From Octopus vulgaris (lineage: Eukaryota), in NCBI GenBank assembly GCA_951406725.2, contig OX597819.1, positions 123,504,001-123,568,000 on the forward strand: 64,000 nucleotides of DNA, in the 5' to 3' direction. Shown here piece by piece: positions 30,024-44,513 of the stretch. Within the stretch, counting starts at the first letter, position 1; the number at the start of each line of letters is the position of its first letter. Under the pieces are notes generated by a model that searched no databases, was not told the DNA's origin, and worked only from the letters and a program-made list of their open reading frames with translations. The position numbers and the translations under genes are program-made.

Positions 30024-30390
30024 TGGTGGAGGCGCAATGGTCCAGTGGTTAGGGCAGCAGACTAGCGGTCGTAGAATCGCAGTTTCGATTCTCAGACCGA
30101 GAGTTGTGAGTGTTTATTGAGCGAAAAGACCTCAAAGCTACATGAGGCTCCGGCAGGTGGCAGTGGTGAACCCTGCTGTACTCACATCACAACTTTCTCT
30201 CATACTTTCTTCCTGTTTCTGTTGTACCTGTATTTCAAAGGGCCAAACTTGTCACACTCTGTGTCACGCTGAATCTCCCCGAGGTACACGTGTCTGTAGA
30301 GTGCTCAGCCACTTGCACGTTAATTTCACGAGCAGGCTGTTCCATTGATTGAATCAACTGAAGCCTCGTCGTCGTAACCGACGGAGTGCC
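30024..30390 (+). mobile_element. SINE family C (tRNA-like head)
   Basis: ggaggcgcaatggcccagtggttaggg..gtttcgattc. Copy at 32279-32657 and a diverged copy at ~596-910. Confidence 0.85.
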
Positions 30391-32045
30391 ACGATATATG
30401 TATACATCTATAAGCACAAACTCATATTCATATGAAAATCATTGAAAAGCATATGAAAAGGCGGCGAGCTGGTTGAAACGTTAGCACGCCGGGCGAAATT
30501 CTTTGCTGTATTTCGTCTGTCGTTACGTTCCGAGTTCAAATTCCGCCGAGGTCGACTTTGCCTTTCATCCTTTCAGGGTCGATAAATTAAGTACCAGTTA
30601 CGCACTGGGGCCGATGTAATCGACTTAATCCCTTTGTCTGTCCTTGTTTGTCCCCTCTGTGTTTAGCCCCTTGTGGGTAGTAAAGAAATACATATGAAAA
30701 GCATTATATACGTAGCAAAGTAATTTAAGTGCCAGTAACTAGTCTGTAGTCGTGCGACAAAAATATTGACATTTCAACCAATAAAATTAATTTCTTTGAA
30801 ATATCATTATTTTGCGTAAATAATTAATAACAATGAATTCGGAAATTCCAATTATAATGTATATAAACAAAACATAATGGCGACAAGGTGATTCGAACCA
30901 GCATGAATCTGATACAGCGTTCCCAGTCATATGTCGATAAATTGCATGTACAGCTCTTTTCTCTCATGCGGCAGTTTTCAATAGTGGCCTGTTCCTTTTC
31001 AGTACAAATGAATAAATAATATGTCTTTAATGTCCACAAGGGGTTAAACACAGAGGGGACAAACAAGGACAGACAAACGGATTAAGTCAATTATATCGAC
31101 TCCAGTGCGTAACTGGTAGGTAAAGTCGACCTCGGCAGAATTTGAATTCAGAACGTAGTGGCAGACGAAATACCTATTTCTTTATTACCCACAAGGGGCT
31201 AAACAAGGACAGACATAAGTATTACGTCGATTACATCGACCCCAGTGCGTAACTGGTACTTAATTTATCAACGCCGAAAGGATGAAAGGCAAAATCGACC
31301 TCGGCGGAATTTGAACTTACAACGTAACGGCAGACGAAATACCGCTAAGAATTTCGTCCGGCGTGCTAACGATTCTGCCAGCTCGCCGCCTTACAAATGA
31401 ATAAATAAATGAAAAGAAGCGAATCCCTGGTTCAATCTCTGTCGGGAAAAGTCATAAAAGAAATGCATGAGTTGCGCATGTTTCTAACGAAAGAAAAACT
31501 ATTTTCAAAGACATGAATTTTCAATGTGATGATTATTTTTGGTACAACCGCAACTATCAAACTTTACGGTAGCAACGAAGAAGAAGCGCACGAAATTCAC
31601 ATAACATTCTAAGTGGGGAGCCTAAAAGTTTTAATATTCTTGCTAGAAATATCAACCAAATCTTCCCAATAACGTACGTTATTTCATAACTTATTACACA
31701 AGAGGGAAAGATTACGACTGAAAAAAATAGATGTCTTCCACGAATAGAATATATTTTGATCATCATTCTTTTTGTTAATCGCTCATGTAAATTAGACAAC
31801 AATAATAATTATTTGAAAAATGTATTCCACTTAGTCCTTCGAGTGGAATTTTACTCGAAATAGATTCGATATTATTGATGTGATGGAAGTGTAAAATAAT
31901 TAAAAGATGTTTATATTCAAAACGAAAGGTAATTAATGTTAGAGCCATCTGTCTAGGGATTAATTAGAATAGGTTTTTGCGTCACATTTCATAAACAAAA
32001 TGAAAATAACTCAATTCTAAATTTGCTGCTAGACATGTAACTCAC

Positions 32046-32065
32046 CTCGAAATTCTAAATGAGAG
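32046..32065 (-). other. 20-nt micro-exon (probably 5' UTR), middle copy
   Basis: ttttCAG|ctctcatttagaatttcgag|GTGAGT. Splice sites retained in four paralogous copies. Confidence 0.5.
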
Positions 32066-34482
32066 CTGAAAATTATTTGGCCAACTGAAATTAACTAGTG
32101 TTGCAGAACTTTTTCAGAGTATGAGTTTAGCTGCCACATGTGGTATATGGAAACAGTAAACATGCATTCTCTACATGAATTTCTGATTTATAGTTATAAT
32201 ACAAATAGGTTTTAATGTTAGTTTAGCTATTAGCGTTTAGCAGTAATTTATGACCGATATATAATTTTCTACTATAGGGGTGGAGGCGCAATGGCCCAGT
32301 GGTTAGGGCAACGGACTCGCGGTCATAGGATCGCGGTTTCGATTCCCAGACCGGGCGTTGTGAGTGTTGAGCAAAAACACCTAAAAGCTCCACGAGGCTC
32401 CGGCAAGGAGTGGTGGTGATCCCTGCTGTACTCTTTCACCACAACTTTCTCTCACTCTTACTTCCTGTTTCTGTTGTACCTGTATTTCAAAGGGCCGGCC
32501 TTGTCACTCTCTGTGTCACGCTGAATATCCCCGAGAACTACGTTAAGGGTACACGCGTCTGTGGAGCGCTCAGCCACTTACACGTTAATTTCACGAGCAG
32601 GCTGTTCCGTTGATTCGGATCAACCGGAACCCTCATCGTCGTAACCGACGGAGTGCTGCCCCCTACTATAGGGACAAGGAACGAAAGTATGGGGGAGGGG
32701 GACAGTCGATTAGATCGACCCCAGTAGGCAACTGGTACTTAATTTAGCGACCCCGAAAGGACGAAATGCAAAGTCGACCTCGGCGGAATTGGAAATCAGA
32801 ATGTAAAGACAGACGAAACATCGCCAAGCGTTTCGCTCGGCGTGCTAAGGTTTTTGCCAGATTGCCGCAATTGATGACCGATATATAACGCGGCAAATAA
32901 CGCAGGAAATGTAAGAAAATTGGGCCAAAAGAATACAAAGTAACATGGCGATGGGGACGAAGCCCTAATTAGCAAATTCCATCTGGGGGCATATAATGCA
33001 TTGTATTATTTAATTAAGACAGTAGGGAGGTATTTTCCATGAATACTGTTTGTAATTCTAGCAAATGGAACATGGCATTATGAATGAGTGATTCACTGAA
33101 GTACTCGGCCTTCCCATCTATTGGAACATAATTACACCTCACCATTCAATGCTCACAATTACAAGATTCCAGACAAAGTGAGCTGGATTGCTGAAATGAT
33201 GTACTTTATCTCTTTCTTCATCCTCAGTGTAACCCAAGTAAACGCCAATCACATTGATACCGAGGTGAAAATTAAAAAAATTATCATCACTCGTGGAAAT
33301 CGCTCTGGTTAAAATATAGGAGGAGTAGCGATTTTTCTCAATTATTTGTATGAAAGTCTCAAGCAATAATAGAAACAGGCTTCAAAGAGAGAAAAAGCAC
33401 TCATCGGGAGAGGCAAATGACATTACAAAAATCTACCAATTAAAATACAACCGCCAACAGCAACCACATTCAGCAACAATAAAAATCTTGAGTTGGAAAA
33501 ACCAGCTTCTGCAATTCAGCATGAAAATCTACATAAACAATCGAAGAGCTGCTGACGAAAATTGGGTAATCAAAAAAATCAGTTTCCGAAAATTTGTTAT
33601 TCCTATGCCAACAATCGAAGAGACGCTCTCTTATCCGTTGATCTATTAAATGTTCGACACGCATAAATATGAGACTAATCTTTTTCTTCAATTTTATCCG
33701 CGTCATGTCATATATATGATACTATAGCATTCCTCTGCTACTGCCTGTAGATTTAATTTTTGGTCCTCTTCAAATTTTGTTAATATGCAGGTATCTACAT
33801 TTGCATCGTTACATGCAGTTAGCTTTGAACATGTCCGGGCTTAATGCATTTTATTTAAATGTTTCTCATTCTCTGTTTGCAACCCCCACAAAGATGACGA
33901 AATCTTCCTCATCTTTCGCTGTTACCTAATTTAAAAATTGTAAACGAATATTGGACAGGGACATTCTTCACTGAGAATTTCGCCACCAAAACTATGGGAA
34001 GTTCTTCAGCGATCTCAAGGATATTGACGGAAGGGATTTGAACGAACTCATTCCTCAACATATTATCTTGTGCAGAACTTTCATCGCCTCTAACATCATA
34101 CTAACAATAAATAATAATCATGTACTATTCTACTGTAGAACCTGATAGATCCGCCGCTAATATAGTGCGGGAGGCTGAGAACATTTGTTCCGTGGAGCCG
34201 ACGATTATCTAAGTGTATCGTCCTGATGGACCTTAGTATCCATCCTGCCAACTGTCATTACACTGTTGATATCTTGGCTAATTATCTGTGATACTCTCGG
34301 GTCCTGAATATCCAATCTGTTGTGCATTTTAAATTTTGCAACGTTAAGTTGCATATTGTCTTCGACAGCCCACTTGTATAATGCTTTAAGATGCCGCTGT
34401 ACACACACACATACAAACACACACACATAAACGCACACACCACGCACACACACATACATACACACACACACACACACATATA

Positions 34483-34543
<61 letters not shown>

Positions 34544-36752
34544 CACACAGAGAAATCTATTATATAATAGGTGAATGTTATCCAGAAGATATTGGAAAAT
34601 CAAAAAGAATATAATTTACGATATTCGAATAACGAAAACACAAAAGAGCATGATCAGATGCATTTGTAATCAAAAACCAAATAAATGAAACAATATCCTG
34701 GCCTGATATACACACAACTTTACAAACGCTCATGACTTAGTAGGGCAGCTTTGCCAGTTTATTTTTACACAGTGCCAATGTATCATTATGTTGTGGTTCT
34801 CTAAGAGCGAAGATAGAAGTATTTGCTTATAAATTGAAGTCATAAGTTTACTCAAACGAAAAATCGTTATTGAAGTCGAACAGTAAATATTCTACTGGTC
34901 TTTCCACTTATATCTGGAGATGAAAAGTTTCTTGTGACAGCATGTTACATATAACTTGGTGCATAACTTTCTTATGTATATTCATTATTACAATATGGTA
35001 ACAAGAGAAATGAGCGTATATGTCATCTTTATGTTAAGGAGTAAACTTTTATTGTCGACAAAAATGAGCAGATTGCATAAGGGACTTATAATCTTTATGT
35101 ATATAACACAATAGCTACTCCATAAATTTCGAAAATACAGAGATAAATGGCGACTGTCATTGAAAAATGTTCAATGAAAAGCCTTGTACATTCTCACATT
35201 GTATAGCTTTCATTTCCAATCTTCTTTATGTTTTATTTTCTTTCAAACTGCTTCGTACTTATTATATTATATACTTCATTCTTATTTTCGGAATGGAAAT
35301 TTCTGAGCTCTGATTATTGGTGAACAAGTTCTCATTGTACAAGCTGTTATTCATTTTTCCATCCTTTTATTTCTCATATTCTTTTCGTTCTTTAATAATG
35401 GAGTAATGTTTTAGAATACCAGAGTATGAGGTACATCTTAACCTTTTCTAACCTAACTATGACAAATATAATTTAATTATAATTCAACTTACGATGAAAT
35501 TAAAGAAACAAAGTTTGCTTTAGAAGCGTTGAGATGTATTGAAAGACACATAAATAATTTATTCTCAAACGCATGATAATGGTAAGGCATGGTTGGCCGG
35601 TAACGAATTTTTCTGCCGTATATGGATAGTTTATCTTGCTTGTACTATTGTCTTAGCATTATCATGCCTTTGAAAATCAATTATCTCTGTATCTTTTAAT
35701 TTAAAATATAAATATTCATTTGATTTTGGTGTTTTTGTTTTTGAATTAGCTGATTTGAAATCTGTTAATCTATTCAACATATTTAAATTTTTATTTGCTT
35801 ACTCGACTAGTTGCAATCTTGCTTTTTATTTCCTTCTTTGAAGGGTTTTATTAGATGTTTCCTGTTTCTTTTCTTTCGAAAAACGAAGATTGGAACTTTG
35901 AAATTCTAGTTTAGAACACTTAGTTGAAATATATATACACACACAAGTATGTGTGTGCGCGCGCGTGTGTGTGTGTACGTGCGTATGTATGACTGGTAAC
36001 ATCTGTTCTCAAAATCTACAACATCAACCATTCAACCCATCCACCCTAGCCCTTCCATTTATCCCGAAATTCTCCACTCTAATTCTTCCAATAACTTGAT
36101 CACTCACAGCTCCATCTTGCTCTACTAAATCTGGTATCTCTGCACGCCGATCCTAGCTTCCAACCTGCGCTCACTCCAATCGGGCTGCCTACATCATCCT
36201 TCTCCTAATACTTGCCTTCTTCTTCACCCATTATACCAATAAATTTCCCTGTCTCTTCACATGGAAATTTAAAGTTAATTTATGGCCTAATTTATTCCAG
36301 GTTGTAGACTAGTTGAATAAAACTTAAACACTAAATTTATCCAGTTCGCTGTTTGTAGTTATTATTCCTTATGTTTTCCACATTATAAATCCGGCCTCGT
36401 CCGGAATGAAATTCACGTTGTTTTACCAACTAGAAAATGTATTATCAAATTTGATAATAAATTTTGGATTCGTGAAGATCAATCTGACTGCTTAGATATA
36501 GCAATGGGGTCTGGCGACTGAGCTCAAATTTCTAATCTGGTCAGTACTTATATTCTGTCCGAAATGGATGATCAATTCCCATATTTCCTCGGTGATATTA
36601 TAGTGATATTGTCTTCTTTACCTCCAAAATATCGTAATAAATATCACAAAATGTTAAAAATAATCTAATTAAATTCTTTATTAATATGGGCCGAAGTATT
36701 ACCTTTGACGATGGTAGAACAAAGGTTAATTTCCTTGACATTAGACTCAACT

Positions 36753-37696
36753 TAAATACCGTTAAGAAATTTGACGAGAAGAGGGAGTGAGAAAGAGAAT
36801 TCAATGTGTGACGCAGGTGAGTGACAGATGAATAGAGAAGATGAAAGAAAGAATGGGATGTATGGGATGAAAACAATGAAATGAAAGTTGCAGATATTAT
36901 TAGGTAATATTATTTCAAATAGCTGAAAGTGTGTTTTTTTCCAATGTAAATACCTGTAAACGCGTTCTTTGTAGGTGTTGAACACTGAGTGTTTTGAAAA
37001 AAGAATAGTTTTCCGTTCCTACAAAGAGAGCAGAAAGATTTCCCTTTATCATAGGGAAACGAGCTTGACAAAGTGTTGCAGTCCAAAGAAAATTGTTTAT
37101 TACTGTCTTTGAGATGCCAAATTAGTTTACAAAGCCCTGTAGTGCTACGTTTAAGAATATATTTTAAGGTAGAAAGATGGTTAGCCAAACTTTTTTTATT
37201 TTTTAAAATTCTGTGGATAAAATGCCAATATAAAAATTTTTTTTAAACTTTTGTTCAGCCATCTTTCTATATTTAGATATATTCATAAACGTGATACTAC
37301 AAGTCTTAGTAAACTAATTTGGCATCTCAAAGACTGTAATAAGCAATTTTCTTTGGACTGCAACACTTTGTCAAGATCGTTTCCCTATGAAAAATAGAAA
37401 TCTTTCTGCACTCTTTATAGGGACGAACAACTATATATTCTTTTTCTCCAAACACACACTGGTCAACACCTATAAAGAACGCGTTTACAGCTGTATACAT
37501 TGAAAAAAACACACTGTCAGCTATTTCAAATAATATCTGCTCCCTTACTTAATAATATCTGCAACTTACAATTCATTGTTTTCATCCTATACATCACATT
37601 CTTTCTTTCATCATTCTTTCTGTCAGTCACCTCCGTCACACATTGAATTCTCTTTTTATCTCCCTCTTCTCGTCATATTTCTTAACGGTATTTTAA
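36753..37696. mobile_element. Decayed PLE 3' ends arranged as an inverted pair
   Basis: TGLCKLIWHLKD..PYDKGKSFCSLC (GIY-YIG C-terminus) on the minus strand at 36910-37188. A diverged reverse-complement copy lies at ~37295-37696. Confidence 0.72.
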
Positions 37697-37733
37697 AATT
37701 ACATGCATTCCCTATCAACGGTTGTTTTCCAAA

Positions 37734-38175
37734 TACAGGGTTTGGACAAAATAATGGAAGCACCTAGTGTCATAGCATCATAATTTTGAAATATCTAGAA
37801 AACCGTTACGCTTTTGTATTTATTATTAGTCTTGGTTAATATGTTTTCCTAAAATGGCTATATCATCAGAAAAAAGTTACATAGAATTTATTAATATGAT
37901 ATATATATTTGACTCTCAAAGAAGTCAAATTGTTGGAAACGTCGGATTCTTACGCGAATTGTGAGAAAGGATCACAAAATTATTGCAGAGCTTAATGATC
38001 ACCTCGAGAACCCAGTTTCCACAAAAACTTTCACCAGGAGCTGCACAAGGCTGGAGGGCTCCAATCAGAAAACCACTACTTTCGAAAACAAACATTGTTA
38101 AGCGCATTTAGAGTGGAGTAAAACCTACAGAATTGGTCCCTAGAGCAGCGAAACAATGTTATTTTCTCGGACGAT
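37734..38175 (+). mobile_element. Tc1-like 5' fragment (same family)
   Basis: tacagggtttggacaaaataatggaagcacc terminus and HTH remnants. Confidence 0.75.
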
Positions 38176-38244
38176 ATATATATATATATATCCTTATATA
38201 AATAATGGATACAATAAGCGCACAATGGGTGTAACCACAAGGAC

Positions 38245-39060
38245 TGTTCCATAATTTTTCATAAGAGTAGGAATTCGATTCGAGATCGGTATAGAGATGG
38301 CGAAAATTTATACCTTTCCTGTTTGATGGAAAATACAAGGGATGCAGCATATTTCTTCCAAGAGAAGGTAATAATACCAGAAAAGAAAAATTGTAAGAAA
38401 GGACATACTTTGGAAAAAGAAAGGACAATTCGTGTGAATTTGTATAGGAGTTGCCAACGTAGAGACTGCAATGTGGAAAGTGGCTCAGGTTGGAAAGTGG
38501 CTCAGAGAACAACACTGGGATATGACCTCAATCCGCTTTTGTACGGAAGAACTGGGTATGAATCCGAGCACTGCTGTTCCTTACACCATTTATGTTCGTG
38601 AGTTGTTTGCAGAGGACCTGCACCGCAACCCAGTCCAGATAGGCAGTCTCGGAAATATAGATGAGATAGAGGAGACAGTGTACTCAAAGTACAATTGCAA
38701 CTGATGGCAGCTGTCAGCTGAACAGTGGGTCTTTGGAGGAGTATGCCGCGAAAAGAGGGAAGTTTTTTTCACGCTGTACCAAGTCGTATCCGCGAAACAC
38801 TAGAAGACTGCATACGACACACAATTCTTCCAGGAACCACTATCTTCAGTGATCTGTGGCGAGTTTAGAAAGCGATAGCTATGATTTCAAACAAAACTGT
38901 GAAAAATACCATTGAATCTATAAACTCATAAATAGGACTCATACTTAACAGATTTAGAGAACATGGGCGTCTTTAAAGCGTGAAAACAAACGCTGATGTG
39001 GGACGCACCGTCCGATGACTGATTCTTATATCTGTGAATTTTTGTAAAAGGAGATATCAG
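38245..39060 (+). mobile_element. Decayed Merlin (IS1016/ISXO2-like) transposase
   Basis: QIGSLGNIDEIEET.YSKYN, EQWVFGGVCRE and ILPGTTIFSDLWR motifs across frameshifts. Confidence 0.8.
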
Positions 39061-39914
39061 AAAAATAATCGATTTTATAAAATCTTGTAAACTTTCGTTC
39101 TTGAATATTTTAAACTAATAAAAGTCTGTTTTAAGCAGTGTTTTGACTGTTAATTCTAGCAACTTCACTTGGTTTGCTCGCAGTTTTTAAATATTTAATT
39201 TGCTCGCGTATGCGTTAATGCTTTTCACTGTTATTTCTAATGTTTTTACATGCCGGCGCACTCCAGCTTTTTCGCAATACTGTAGCAGATGATGGAAGAG
39301 GCAGCGAACGCGGTGTTTTTGATTGGCTGAAAATTCTAAAAATTATTGAATTTTGAGCAACTGTAATATTTTCACAAATTTGTTTCTGGAATAATGTTAT
39401 GTCGCACGTTCAGATGACCTCTACTCAACTCTACTCAACTCTGACGTCTAGAATTCTCCCTCTATATCTACGTATTGGGCTAGCCTACTTCATCGTCTGG
39501 GGGCGTCCACACAATAAATAAATAACAAATTTGGAGTCACCTCACAAATTACATTCGTATACTACATGAAAAAGAAAACAAATAATATTTCGACATGTTG
39601 TGACTCAAATCACTAATGTCCTAATATATTTTAAAATAGGAAAGAAAAATAATTTATCATTTATTTATTCATTATACAATAAAAGGTATTGTTTGCATAT
39701 GATAAAGTTTTCGAGACGACATCGCTGCCTGAATGTTGATTGGTGAATTAATTATTTTCATCTTATACTTACAGTCTTTATATTTTACGACCTTGTATAT
39801 AGATGTCTTCGTGCACGTATGACTGTGTATGTGTGGTGTGTGTGTGCATGCGTGTTTATGTGTCTGTTCCTATATATATACATACATACGTACATACATA
39901 CATACATACATACA

Positions 39915-39977
<63 letters not shown>

Positions 39978-40117
39978 TGTTATATTTCGGAATGGTCATA
40001 TTGCCAGTTTAGCCAATAAAAACACACGCACTATATATTTGGTGTTATTTTGCTTCAGTGATATTTATTTTTTACATTAATCTTAATCTTATTTCGGCCA
40101 AAGTTCTTTCGTCACAA

Positions 40118-41157
40118 TAGCTAACTCCATCCACCAGAGTATTAAGGTCACAATAGACTACCCCACTAAACACCCCAACCATAGACTACCAGTACTAGAC
40201 ACTGAACTCTGGCTAGAAATTGTGAAAAATAAAACCCAAATCCTTCATTCATACTATGCAAAACCTATGGCCTCAAAATACCTGATCCACCGGAACTCAG
40301 CCATTGCGGGCAATGCCAAATTCAATATTTTGATGGCAGACCTCGTCAGAATAATGAGAAATGTGTCACGCATGTGCGAGCCTACAGAATTAAAGAGACA
40401 CATACAGTATTTCATTCACCGCATGCAGTTCTCAGGTTACAGCCATAAAGAAAGGGTCAGAGTATACAAAGGAGCCATGAAGAAATTTGATAATATATTA
40501 TGTAATGATAGGAATGGGATTTGCCCACTCTATAGGAACAAGTCATGGAACACTATAGAAAGGACAAAAAAGAAAATAGGGAAGGCCAACTCTTGGTATG
40601 ATAGCCATAAATACCAGAGTGTCATGTTCGTTGACACCACCCCTGGAGGTGAACTGGCGTACCGCTTTAGAAGGACCCTAGATAAACTTAAACTAAGAAT
40701 TAAGGTTGTTGAAAAGCCAGGCAACCCTATCAGATCTATAATTGGTAGAAGCTATCCTTTTAGTAGAACTCTCTGTACGGATAACTATTGCACTGTATGT
40801 AGATTTAGCCCACAAACAAACTGTAAAGCCAGAAATGTGGTCTATAGTATAAGATGTATAGAGGGACGATGCAGTAACAAGACAGTAACATACGTAGGGG
40901 AAACAGCAAGAAGCATTGGTGAGCGGGTGAATGAACATTGGAGACAACTCAAGGAAGGTAAAAGCTCATCGATTCTGTACCAACACGCTGAACAAGAACA
41001 CGGGGGATCAATCAATAACATAGAGATTAAGATATTGTCCACACATAGAACAGATGCAACAATTAGACAAATTACAGAAGCTACACATATAATAGAAAAT
41101 AAACCTAGCCTGAATAGAAAACTAGAATGGAGCAATAGCGCACACCACAACATATGA
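40118..41157 (+). CDS. PLE ORF 3' part: RT thumb, CxxxxCxxC linker, GIY-YIG endonuclease (5'-truncated)
   Basis: LPVLDTELW, YAKPMAS, MQFSGY, PLYR, FVDTTP, CTDNYCTVC, NVVYSIRC..YVGETARS.GER..EH, RQITEA and LNRKLEW. No stops over more than 311 aa. Confidence 0.88.
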
Positions 41158-41271
41158 CGATAGTGGATCCTGCAAACATAATAAATACACAGATAATTAA
41201 AGAAATAGAAATGAATAACTATATATATGTATATGTGTATGTATATGTGTATATGTGTGTGTATATGTGTA

Positions 41272-41355
<84 letters not shown>

Positions 41356-41673
41356 TTCAATTAGATTTATTATTATTATTACTAATATTGTTGTTATACA
41401 TGCATACAAGCATATGTAATGATAATAATGGGTGGATGTAAACACATGAACAAAATTAGAACAAAAGCAACAACAACAAAAACAAAATACAAATTACAAG
41501 AATGTATATAACCAGAAGATACAAATATTACAGGCATCCCCCCACACACACACACTAAATAAACATAGACGCACATAGAGATATAAGCATGCGCAGATGA
41601 AGACATACAATAGAAATACAAAATGGCTGACGGTTAGTAAGGAGAGACACAAGTAAGTGAGAAGAAAACAAAG

Positions 41674-41717
41674 GACCACTGATGCGGTCACAGGAGTGTG
41701 ACGAAAGAACTTTGGCC
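41674..41717 (+). ncRNA. Variant or degenerate hammerhead motif in the PLE 3' end
   Basis: cca-CUGAUGCG-gtcac aggagt gtgac-GAAA-gaac-UU-tgg. A9 is replaced by C. Confidence 0.45.
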
Positions 41718-42395
41718 GAAATAAGATTAAGATTAATGTAAAAAATAAATATCACTGAAGCAAAATAACACCAAATATATAGTGCGTGTGTTTTTATTGG
41801 CTAAACTGGCAATATGACCATTCCGAAATATAACAATATCTGTTTCAACACATGACTTCACATAAAAAATCTTGCACAACAAATATTTAAACGTATATAT
41901 ATATATATACACATACACATACACATACATACATATATACATATATATCTATATGTATATGTATATATATATATATATGTGTGTGTGTGTATGAATATAC
42001 GTTTATATATATATATATATATATATATACTTATAAACATATCCTAATATATATTACAAATGTCATAATATACATTAATGCAGGAAAGAAAAATAATTAA
42101 TTATTTATTTATTCATTGTACAATAAAATGAATTGTTTGCATACGATAATGGCAAAACTATCTTCATATTAACTCACACTGATCTTTATTATTGTCCTCT
42201 GTACATTGATCTTGGACACGTAGCTTAATTATTTTGAGCCAAACGACGTATCTTCTATATTGAGGCATCTCAAGATTTTACATGTTCAGTGTATATATAT
42301 CCATCTATCTATCCATCTATCTATACATATATATATATATACAATTTTTCATTGTATGATTTGCCTAATAGTGGTTTTATCTCTAATTTAATATA

Positions 42396-42429
<34 letters not shown>

Positions 42430-42444
42430 AATTATATATATATA

Positions 42445-43194
42445 TCTATATATATAAAACTCAACTTGTGTGTCTGTGTGTGTATCTGTGTGTTTAACTT
42501 CCGACACATCTCCTCCTAGCCAAATCGTAGAACCACCAAAAATGTGTCACTTAATGTTTAGGCAAATGAAAATTGAACTGCGCTATTTCTGTTCCGAAAT
42601 TCATCTCGCAAGTGCAAAAATCGATAATGTATTTCTTTAGGTTTTATCCCATGCATTGAATAGTAAACTTTACTCAGTCAGCTGTTTGACGTGAACTGTG
42701 TTCACCACGCGTGCAAGCATGCGTAAATTGCATGAAAAATAAAAAATCAAGATATAAAAACGAATCGCAGTAAACATTGTAGAAATTCGGCAAAGAAATG
42801 AATTTTCGGGATGTAGCCTGGAGGGCTTTTTCCTATTAATAGTTTGGACTTTGTGAACACATACCAATTATCTATATATATAAAGCTGAAGTTATCTGAG
42901 TATGGCAGGTTTGCGCAAGTTGACCAAAATTGAGAGTATCATAGAAGAAGGCTTGCTCTTCCTTCTGTAGAAGAAAAAATTAAAATTGGACCAAGTTAAC
43001 ACCAAAGCTTATTTACATCAAAAAGGTGCTTTTTTTCTATGAAAATCCCTATTTTTTACGATTTTTTTACTGTCGCCATTTTTCGTGTATTTCAACCAGA
43101 AAAATGTTCACTTAAAGAGAATAACAAGCTACATAATGCAAAATGTTTACTTTTCAAAAATTCCAATTCTAAGGCAACGCCGGGTGATACTGCT

Positions 43195-43228
<34 letters not shown>

Positions 43229-43664
43229 CATTTAACTATATATATATTTACGTATGTATATATATATATCTTTATATATAAAAGTGAAGTTGTGTGTCTG
43301 TCTCCTACGATTTAGATTCCTAACGACTCCCACATTTTGCGGTGCAGTGTAACCAAAAGCGGGTATCTTATAGTCGTGATTCATATCGAGCCCTTCTGCG
43401 TATTAGCAAGCGTCTACGATGAGTCTACGATTTAAAAAAAAATTTACCATCATTCTTTCCCATTTTTAATGCATTTTTGTGCTATTATATAAGAGAAGTA
43501 ACTCTCTAAAAATGTATTATTAAATCTCAGAACGTAAAAAGCTACAGTAACACCCCACCTTTGTTGTTAGCCATATTGAGATGGCTATTATACTTTACAT
43601 CTCTAAAAATGCTTATATAGTTATTTCCCTTACAAACCCGAGCAACGCCCGGCGATACTGCTAG
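42445..43664 (+). mobile_element. Cluster of Helitron-like elements (starts ~42445, 42871, 43269; CTAG ends 43196, 43664)
   Basis: TC(T)ATATATAAA starts and gcaacgccgggcgatactgCTAG-like ends. A 5' part recurs at 44542-44718. Confidence 0.7.
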
Positions 43665-43819
43665 TATATATATATATATATTTATTTATTTATGTATGTA
43701 TGTGTGTGTGTATGTATTTATGTAAGTATGTATGTATGTATGTATTTATGTATGTATGTATATTCTTAGTTTCAGATCAGAGGTATGGCCATGCTGGGGC
43801 ACCGCCGTTTTGCTACAAT

Positions 43820-44180
43820 GTTATTATTGAGAGCCTCTTCTAATATGTGGGAATTGATGAATAAGGGAGTTTGATGTCGTTACCCTCAATTGCATCTCCT
43901 GCCGCGAGTTAGGTTCATCTGGGACTCTCGACAGGAAGAGTTCCAGTTTTGATTTGAAAACACCTACGCCCACTTTGATTCCGTCCTTCAGGCTCATTGG
44001 GAGAATATTAAAAAGCTGTGGTCCCCTGAAACCCAGGTTGTTGCAGTATGTGGTTATGGAGCTCGATGGCATTGTTGGGATATTTGGCATTGTAGAGTAT
44101 CGACCCATTCCGGCATCGGTGGAGGTTTTAATACAAAAATTTGGCACAATTCCTTCCAGGATCTCCCAGATGTATACTAC
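43820..44180 (-). mobile_element. CR1/L2-group LINE 3' end
   Basis: GFRGPQLFNILP..FKSKLELFLSRVPDEP. Confidence 0.75.
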
Positions 44181-44431
44181 TGCATCCCCTCATCCCTTCG
44201 CTGTTTCAATAAATACATCAATCTGTGTATATATATATACGTGTGTGTGTATATGTATATATATATATATATATAAATATATATATACATAACTAATGCA
44301 GGATAAAAATTTTTTCAGGAAAAAAATTTTATCAATGGCCAGCATATCAAAAAATACCTTTAAAGGTTAAATCTATAAGTAATTTACAAGATTTCGGCAT
44401 ATTTGGCATTAGAATTTTTCTTTTGCCCTTA

Positions 44432-44513
<82 letters not shown>

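Larger units (their letters stand above)
39974..41839 (+). mobile_element. Penelope-like retroelement (Naiad-like, tentative), 5'-truncated, inverted pLTR
   Basis: 39974-40116 is the reverse complement of 41697-41839 and flanks an open RT-thumb/GIY-YIG frame. Confidence 0.9.

Noticed and set aside
41150-41220. Possible SECIS element after the Naiad-like ORF
   Set aside because: No in-frame TGA in the visible ORF and no convincing stem.
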